Positions 56,767-64,000 of a stretch of DNA of 64,000 bases are shown piece by piece. Position numbers and translations under genes: made by a program. Under the pieces are notes generated by a model. That model was given only the letters and a program-made list of their open reading frames with translations. It did no database searches and was not told where the DNA came from. The DNA is taken from assembly GCA_937625935.1 (NCBI GenBank), contig OW569385.1:310001-374000 (forward strand), written 5' to 3'. Each line of letters starts with the position of its first letter. Position 1 is the stretch's first letter. The stretch is from Tetramitus jugosus. Taxonomy: Eukaryota > Protista > Heterolobosea.

Positions 56767-58738
56767 ATGAGCAGCGACGAGACACAAAACTATACTGCCA
56801 CCACTACCACTACCACCACCACTACCACCACAACCAATGACACAACAAATGAATCAAATTCCTCCTCTACTGATGCTGAGATAACAAAAGCAACAACAAC
56901 ACCATCAACAACATCAACAATAGCAACGCAAGCAAAGCAAAATAAAAGAGAAAGCAGTGGTGGACAATTATCATCACAACCACTTGTGATCACAACAGAA
57001 AACAATGAAACAATCATTGTTGAAAATGTGAGAGATTTCATATCAGAAGCTGTCGGTTTAGCGCATCAAGCCGTTCAATTTGACCATTATGAACAGAATA
57101 AGAATGAGAATCAAAGTAGTAGTATGATGGATAATAATAGTAGTGGTAGTGAGCAGCATGGTGACTTGGAAAAGGCAAGGCGGTTGTACATGGAGTGTGC
57201 CATTCGGTTAGATGGAATTAAACCACATTTGAATGCGGAACATGCAGCGAATCTGGACAAGTTTGTAAGTGTCTCCATTGTTCACTTTTTTTTTTATTTT
57301 TTGAGTGAGTCTTTGGCCATTTGTTGCAAGCTTTTTGAGCTTAGCTTTTTTGAGCTTTAGCTTTCGTGCTTTAGCTTTTGTGAATCGCGACAAGAAGAAG
57401 CTAACAACCGTGTTGTTTTTTTGGTGGGTTGATTGAAATTCCTCCCTATTCCACTCCACGCACACATCACCCACGCAGAGCAAGATTTATCGAGCAAGAG
57501 CGATGGCCATTGCACAAATTCTGAGCGAACAAGAACAAATCATTCAGAAGCGACAACAAAACGAACAACGGTATCGATTACAAGTGGAAGCTTCGATTGC
57601 AACCAAAAAACAAAGAGCACAATCACTGTCTCCAATGTCTAGTTCTCCACTTACTCCTGCATCGATACTCCACGGTGGAATGGATCACAATAGTTCTTCC
57701 TTGACTGGATCCAACAACCGCACTTCTCAGCAATATTCGCCTGCTGTGGACGAAGAAAAAACCCATTCATCATCAAAATTAAAATTGAGAGGTTCCCTAG
57801 GAAAGAAGCGGAGAAGCAATAGCTTTGGTTCCAATAGTAGTCAGGTGACAGGTGGTGGTAGTAGTGGTAGTAGTGGTGGTGGTGCACTTGGAGAGGGCAA
57901 GGAACCAACAACGCATGTGGTCGATAATCAAGGCTTCATTGTTCCCACATTCAAAGTCACATTTAAAGAAGAGACTTTGCCGTGTGCGCCATCGAGTATG
58001 AACCCACCTGATTGGGCACATCGACCATTCTGGCTCATGGCTCACCTGCATCAGACAATGACTGTCGGTGCCTATTTGACACCAGGTCTTTTCATTCCTA
58101 CGGCAGTGTGGTTCCAACCGGGTGCAAAGTTGCTTGGCATACAGGCCAAAATCTCATTCTGTATGGTCATTGCCAGTCTGTTGCAAGATTTGTCTGTTGT
58201 GGACCGGAGCAACACAAAGCTGTTGTTGGACACGTTGGACGAGTTTATTGAAAGATCGGAACGAGAGAAGACATCACTCATGAAACAACTGCCTCATATG
58301 CACAGCAGTCATGGAGGACCTGGAATCATGAATGACAAGAAAGCTTCAAACAGTGCTGAGCTGTATTCGAACACAACAACCTCTTCCACCAGTAAATACC
58401 TGAGTGGAAAATTGTTTGGTCTGGGAAAGTCATTGTACAAGAGTGTGTCAGACATGGTTGCATCACAAAAAAAGGAAGAAACAGAGGACAGTCAATATGT
58501 GCCATGGGTTGCCTCCGTGCTGCAACAATGTCAGTTTTTGGACAAGTGGCTCACAGAGTTTGAAAAAGTGGGACCAAAAGCCGTAGTTGACCGCATAGAG
58601 AAAATCTCCTTCTTCTTTTACTTTGTCGTGTGTCAGTTTGTCATGCACGATTTGTCCAGTCTGTTGGACAGGTACATGAAAAAGTCAAGAGAGAGCATAT
58701 CTCGCCTATTTCCAAAGGATCACAAGCTACCAGTGTAA
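56767..58738 (+). CDS. MIT-domain protein with fungal-type conserved C-terminal helical domain
   Basis: MIT-like AVGLAHQAVQFD...ARRLYME...IYRARA is joined in frame by intron 57265-57478. C-domain RPFWLM...GAYLTPGLFIPTAVW...FVVCQFVMHDLSSLLDRYMKK. Confidence 0.75.
57329..57380 (+). repeat. Intronic (A)GCTT(T)n tandem repeat
   Basis: About seven AGCTT/GCTTT units inside the MIT-gene intron. Confidence 0.65.
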
Positions 58739-59105
58739 ATTATGTACTTTTTTTTATTGGAGTCCAAATGAATGTGAATAATCAAGGAATCATGATTGTG
58801 TAAAATCAATCACCAAAGCAACACATGATCAATTGAGTTCACACAACAACCATTGAATCAACAACCATTAAATTATTAGAACCTCCAGTTGATGACAGAC
58901 ATCTCATTGCCTTGTTGGTGAAAGACAACTTGACGGAAGGAACATTTCTCCTCTTCATGAACATTCAATGAATTGGTTGACCCGACAGTCAACTGGTGAA
59001 ATTTTCGAAAACTGAAAAATCTTGAGAAAACAAACAACAACTTCATAACCACACTTGCCATAACACCCATTAGGTATGTTCATCACGAATGCCATCACAC
59101 AACTG

Positions 59106-59204
59106 GAACGACCAATCGAAAATGATCTCAACAATCCAAATTCCTTCTCCACGTGCTCTTTTAAAAAATCTCTCCATTTCTTTTGAATCATCGATTGGTC
59201 GTTC
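59106..59204 (+). ncRNA. Candidate structured RNA / atypical box C/D snoRNA in RPL21 5'-UTR intron (59074-59250)
   Basis: Perfect 14-bp inverted repeat GAACGACCAATCGA / TCGATTGGTCGTTC, extendable past two bulges, enclosing a CCTTCTCCAC element. Confidence 0.4.
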
Positions 59205-59255
59205 TTTCTTACAAAACAACAAAGTGCTTACATTTTTTAATTTTTGACAGACACA

Positions 59256-59741
59256 ATGCCACACGCTTTCGGTTACAGAGCTAGAACTAGACATCTTTTC
59301 AAGAGAGGATTCAGACAACATGGTCAACTCAACATGTCCAACTTCTTGAGAACCTTCAAGTTGGGTGAGTACGTTGATATTGTTGGTAATGGTGCTATCC
59401 ACAAGGGTATGCCACACAAGTACTATCACGGTAGAACTGGAAGAATCTGGAACATCACCCCAAGAGCTGTTGGTGTTGAAGTCAACAAGAGAGTCAAGCA
59501 AAGAATCATCAGAAAGAGACTCCACGTCAGAATTGAACACGTTAGACCATCCGCCTGTAAGAGAGATTTCTTGGAAAGAATCCAAGCTAACAGAGCCATC
59601 TCCGCTCAAAACAAGACTGCTGAAGTCAAGAAGTCTTTGATCAAGAGATCCGCTGCTCAACCAAGACCTGGCTATTTCTTGCAAGCCAGCAAGCAAGAAA
59701 TTATGGATATTTCCCCAGAACAATTCGTTGAAGTTGCCTAA
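59256..59741 (+). CDS. RPL21: 60S ribosomal protein eL21
   Basis: MPHAFGYRARTRHLFKR...HKGMPHKYYHGRTG...RLHVRIEHVRPS, with strongly biased codons. Confidence 0.98.
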   Translation: MPHAFGYRARTRHLFKRGFRQHGQLNMSNFLRTFKLGEYVDIVGNGAIHKGMPHKYYHGRTGRIWNITPRAVGVEVNKRVKQRIIRKRLHVRIEHVRPSACKRDFLERIQANRAISAQNKTAEVKKSLIKRSAAQPRPGYFLQASKQEIMDISPEQFVEVA

Positions 59742-59775
59742 ATCTATTAAACTCTTTTTAAACATGTGAAATTGT

Positions 59776-61026
59776 CTAGTCATCTGTATTTGAATATCTG
59801 CTTTGAGGAGTGTTTGACCGAACCCGAAATGCATTCGAGTTGATTCGCACGATGGATGTCGTCACGCCAAATGGATTGTTGTCAACCAGTTCTCGAACTT
59901 GGCTTGGTGTTGGTGAGACTGTATCTTTTCTGGTTTTGGCCGATGCAGGTCTACTGCTATTTCTGTTCTTTAGCTTGTTCAGTACTCTCGGTTCATTTCG
60001 TATGGACGAGAGCTTGCTTTGTGGCGCAGTTTCGATCGTGGGCCTTCTAGGATTGGCTGACGAAGGTCTTGAATTCGGTGGATGGAACAACCTAGTCGTA
60101 CTTCTGGTAGTTGAGGAAGAGAGATTGGTGTTCTGGTGGTCCTTCTTGCTGTTTACTGGGTGCTTATCGTGAACCTTGTGGTGATCATGGTGATCATTGG
60201 ATATGAATTTCATTGGTTGGTATGCCTTGATTGTCTCTTTCTTGAGGGTGGAGTGTATTTTGAATGATTGAGCCTTCATTGCTCTATCTTGTTGTCTTCG
60301 ACTCCTGCTCGTACTTCTTGTTCCATTGTAGGAAGACTTGGAGCTCGTCAAGCTATTTACACTGGGGCTTCGATAGAGAACAGAGTTGCTCTTCTCTCTT
60401 CGAGAGTAGTCTGCGGTGTTGACCATGAATTGATCTCTATCACTTCCTCCGTATTGTTCATACTCTTCCTCTTCATCATTGTTATGATAATAAGAAGGAT
60501 GATCATATATCTTATTCATTCCTCCCTTAACATCAACATGGTGATTCTCTTCCCATGCATTCCAAGGGTACCTATTATCCGAGACCATGTACTCAACTGG
60601 AAAGTCGTCTTCATTATTCATTGCTCCTCTTTGATTCATTAGGGGGATCTGAGTATAGTCATAATACAGATTATTCAGGTTGGTTCTCTCCATTCTCTGA
60701 TGTAAATCAATTTGTCTCTGCATTTCATCTTCCAAAGCATCCGATAAATGTTCTTCTGTTTGAGATGGTCTATCACTTTGTAACGATGGGTGGAATGACG
60801 TATGTCGATAGTCGCTCTCATCCTCTTCACCCTCCACTTGATGAGCAGTCATTCGATAGTCATATCCACTTAGAATCCGTTTTTGTTCTTCAATCAAATT
60901 GTCCATCTCGTCCATTAAGTTTGGATACTGATGGACGTACCGTTCATTTACAGAATTTTCAAGCTCTCTCAGTTGCACAAAGTTATCATCAATATCTCTT
61001 CTCTGAATCGCTGAAACCTTAGACAT
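59776..61026 (-). CDS. Hypothetical protein (coiled-coil N-terminus, disordered RPxSA-rich C-terminus)
   Basis: 416-aa ATG ORF, head-to-head with BBS2. Confidence 0.7.
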   Translation of the reverse strand: MSKVSAIQRRDIDDNFVQLRELENSVNERYVHQYPNLMDEMDNLIEEQKRILSGYDYRMTAHQVEGEEDESDYRHTSFHPSLQSDRPSQTEEHLSDALEDEMQRQIDLHQRMERTNLNNLYYDYTQIPLMNQRGAMNNEDDFPVEYMVSDNRYPWNAWEENHHVDVKGGMNKIYDHPSYYHNNDEEEEYEQYGGSDRDQFMVNTADYSRREKSNSVLYRSPSVNSLTSSKSSYNGTRSTSRSRRQQDRAMKAQSFKIHSTLKKETIKAYQPMKFISNDHHDHHKVHDKHPVNSKKDHQNTNLSSSTTRSTTRLFHPPNSRPSSANPRRPTIETAPQSKLSSIRNEPRVLNKLKNRNSSRPASAKTRKDTVSPTPSQVRELVDNNPFGVTTSIVRINSNAFRVRSNTPQSRYSNTDD

Positions 61027-61217
61027 GATGTTACTTGAGATGTTCCGTTAGTTATTGATGGTGAGGCGTTCAATTGAATTAAACCACTGTAGAAGGGTTG
61101 GGCGCTTCGCAACATGGCGAACTTTGGCATTCAAGCGCGCCATTCTATGAACAATTCTACGGTTCTCATTACCTAGCAAAGAAATTGTCAATCTGATAGC
61201 TGAGAGTAAGAGAAAGG

Positions 61218-63540
61218 ATGAGCTATTCATTGATACCAGCTTTTCAGCTCCATATGAATCAACCCATAAACAAGGGATTGACAACGATAGGAAAATGTGA
61301 GATTTCATCATTGAACCTACCTTTGGAATTTTATTGTTTTTGCATCATTAACTTAAATTGAATACTTTTCATATTGTTGTAGATGATGGAAAACATCCCA
61401 TGTTAACAGCTGCTACAAACGCAGGAAAAGTGTTTATTCACAATCCTTATGAAAAAGATCACAAGAACCAGAGTAAGTACCTATTTTGTCTCCATGAGCT
61501 AGTAAAGATGTTGAACTACCTTCCCATTATGTTTTTTGTAGTTCGTTTCTTGAACATCAATCGTGATGTGAACTGTTTGACATCTGGTCGGTTGAATCCC
61601 AAGTCAAAGAAGGATATACTGTTAATTGGAACTCAGACCAATCTTTTGGCTTATGATGTAGAGGAGAATGCAGATATTTTCTATAGAGAGGTTTCAGATG
61701 GACTGAATACGATCACATTGGGAAAGATTGGAAGTTTGGAGATGCCATTGGCGATTGTGGGTGGTAATTGCTCACTTCAAGGATACGATCATCAAGGTAA
61801 TGAACAGTATTGGACAACAACCGGTGGAAATGTGACTGCAATGGCTGTGATAGATATTGATAATGTAAGTTACGAGACTCCTCTTATGATGTGATTTAGA
61901 AACAGTTTTTGTTCACACTTCTCTATCGATAAAAGGATGGTCAATCAGAATTGCTAGTGGGATCGGATGACTACACGATTTACATTTACAAGGATGATGA
62001 GATTTTCTCTGAAGTGGCCGAGAACGATCAAGTAACGAGCTTATGTCGATTACGAGATACAAAATATGGTTACTCCCTACAAAATGGTACGGTGGGAGTG
62101 TATGATACTAGAGATAGACTTTGGAGATCAAAGTCTAAAAGTGTAGTGACAGCAATGGAAAGTTATGATCTGGATGGGGATGGAGTACCTGAGTTGATTT
62201 TAGGATTTGACAATGGAAAGGTTGAAGTTCGGACAGAGAACACAGGTTCTGTGATATACAGAGATACAATGTCGGAATCAGTATCTTCTATCTTGAAGGC
62301 AGATTACAGAATGGATGGAAAGGAGGAAGTAATATGTTGTTCGTTCTCAGGAGAAATCAGAGGATATCTACCAGTAGATAATGAGGTACAACAGTCTTTT
62401 GATACGAATTTACAGGAGGAAGAACTAATGAAGCTTTCTCAACGAAAAGAGGAGCTGTTAACCGAGTTGGCGAACTACGAAGAGAATGTCAGGAAGATGA
62501 AATCTGGAGAGGTGGATTCTTCGTTGATAAATACAGACACAAAAGTAAATTGTCATTTGGAACCTAATCAAGGAGAGAGAAGGGTGGATGTAGTGTTTGA
62601 AACTGCCGAAGAACAAGTGATCAAGTGCGCCATTATTACTGCAGAACAATTATTTGAAACGGAGAGTAAGTTCTTATATTCTAAGGAACCGACGAACAAA
62701 ATTCAAGTGGGTCTTACACCCAAGAAAGACATTCCTATTGATTTGAACATTCAAGTTCTAGTTGGTCACAACATGGGGACGAGCTATCATGTTTTTGAGT
62801 TGAACTATCAAATGCCCAGATTTTCTCTCTATGTTCCTGTACAAGAGTTTTCTGAACATCCTCAATCATTTGTCTCATTCCACGTCCATGAAAGAGTTAA
62901 CCGAATAATTATGTGGTTTAATCAAAGTTTCAACATCAAGTACAGCGCTCCACCGAACCAAAAGACAATTGAATTTAAATTTATGAGCTTAAGGAACTTT
63001 ACACCCCTACACTTCAGTTTTAGGGATCAACAAATGAATATTTATGTTGATAGCATGGATACAGCTGGTGATATCATTCAAGACTTCACTCAATTTTTAG
63101 GAGTGAATCAGTTAGAGTCCACTTGCAACTTTCCAGTGGAATTCAGCCGATTTGAGCAAGTGTTGAATCAAGTTGAAGAATACAATGCTTCACGGTTAAA
63201 GTTAACTGCGGAAATGGCTGACAGTTCCCAAGTCGTGAAAGCCCTGGTAATCAAAGCAGAGGACTCTCGTCTTCTGTCTAACATGAAGGGAATGAGGGAA
63301 GCCTACAATGAACTGTACAGATTGAATAAGGATTTAATGAACGAGTATACGAAGAGGAGCAATAATCACAACGAGCTGCTGAGTTCACTAAAGGAAGTGA
63401 ATCAAATGATACAAAAAGCAGCCAGACTGAGACTAGGAGACAGCAAAGCTCGCGTCATTGCAGAGTGCAGACAAGCAGTCAAGTCCAACAACATTCATTC
63501 TCTATTCAAAATTATTCAATCAGGCAGAGCAGATAAATAA
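61218..63540 (+). CDS. BBS2: Bardet-Biedl syndrome 2 protein (BBSome)
   Basis: Spliced MSYSLIPAFQL...[25 protein letters not shown], with introns 61297-61382, 61473-61541 and 61865-61935. Also IVGGNCSLQGYD, DGDGVPELILG and KAEDSRLL...NHNELLSSLKEVNQMIQKAARLR. Confidence 0.95.
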
Positions 63541-63547
63541 CACACAT

Positions 63548-64000
63548 TTACTCAAGATTGATCGACCATTTAATCACGGCTTTCCATTCTGCCAAGAATT
63601 GTTCAACGAATCGTTCCATGAACTGATGTCTCGTTTCAGCAAACTGTCTACCTGATTCCGTTCTCATCAAATCCTTGAGCTTGAACAACTTTTCATAAAA
63701 GTGATTGATTGCCGTATCATTGTCCTTTGACTTGTTCATGTACTCTTCCTTGCTCATGTTGGTTATTGGCTTAATCTCTGGATCGTACATGGGTCTATTC
63801 TTTGCACCAGAGAACACCATGCATCGACCAATACCAATCGCACCAATCGCATCCAATCGATCCGCATCTTGAACAATGGCCAACGATTGGTTCCACTCTT
63901 CAGGAATCACTTCTTCTTCATCCGCACTCTCTTTCTTCAACAATTCATTCTTGAATGACAAATTGTTGACAACGTACAAAATTTGTTGGATACGCTGCTC
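63548..64000 (-). CDS. HD-domain metal-dependent phosphohydrolase (YpgQ-like), 3' part
   Basis: [18 protein letters not shown] and [26 protein letters not shown]. Runs off the window end. Confidence 0.9.
   Translation of the reverse strand, partial: EQRIQQILYVVNNLSFKNELLKKESADEEEVIPEEWNQSLAIVQDADRLDAIGAIGIGRCMVFSGAKNRPMYDPEIKPITNMSKEEYMNKSKDNDTAINHFYEKLFKLKDLMRTESGRQFAETRHQFMERFVEQFLAEWKAVIKWSINLE

Noticed and set aside
58976-58993. GTTGAC-N6-GTCAAC palindrome in the RPL21 promoter
   Set aside because: A single 6-bp-arm palindrome is expected by chance in 64 kb.

Overview
Gene-dense eukaryotic nuclear DNA from a flagellum-capable protist. Short GT-AG introns, NIT-domain cyclase, RCC1-family gene and Asn/Gln/Thr-rich low-complexity proteins suggest a heterolobosean/Discoba genome (inference). 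There are about 35 protein-coding genes, including CCDC112, dynamitin, SRP72, RRP7, LRR-PP2C, COQ10, gamma-CA, a divergent P4-like ATPase, CFAP210, SmF, a p62-like protein, SFI1-like, Rab32-like, ferredoxin, RPL21 and BBS2. Two head-to-head tRNA genes (intron-containing Thr-CGT and a degenerate Asp-GTC) sit in a ~4-kb island of decayed reading frames that includes a probable Mutator-like transposase remnant. The most interesting leads are: (1) a PPR-like protein with an embedded DUF4258 toxin-RNase-like domain, a candidate new PPR-nuclease; (2) a P4-like ATPase with altered signature motifs and extra membrane helices; (3) a structured RNA in the RPL21 5'-UTR intron carrying a possible LSU rRNA guide; (4) a GTAC cluster plus a 22-bp palindrome upstream of an orphan gene; (5) the tRNA-bracketed decay island. 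All family assignments come from reading motifs by eye, not from database searches.
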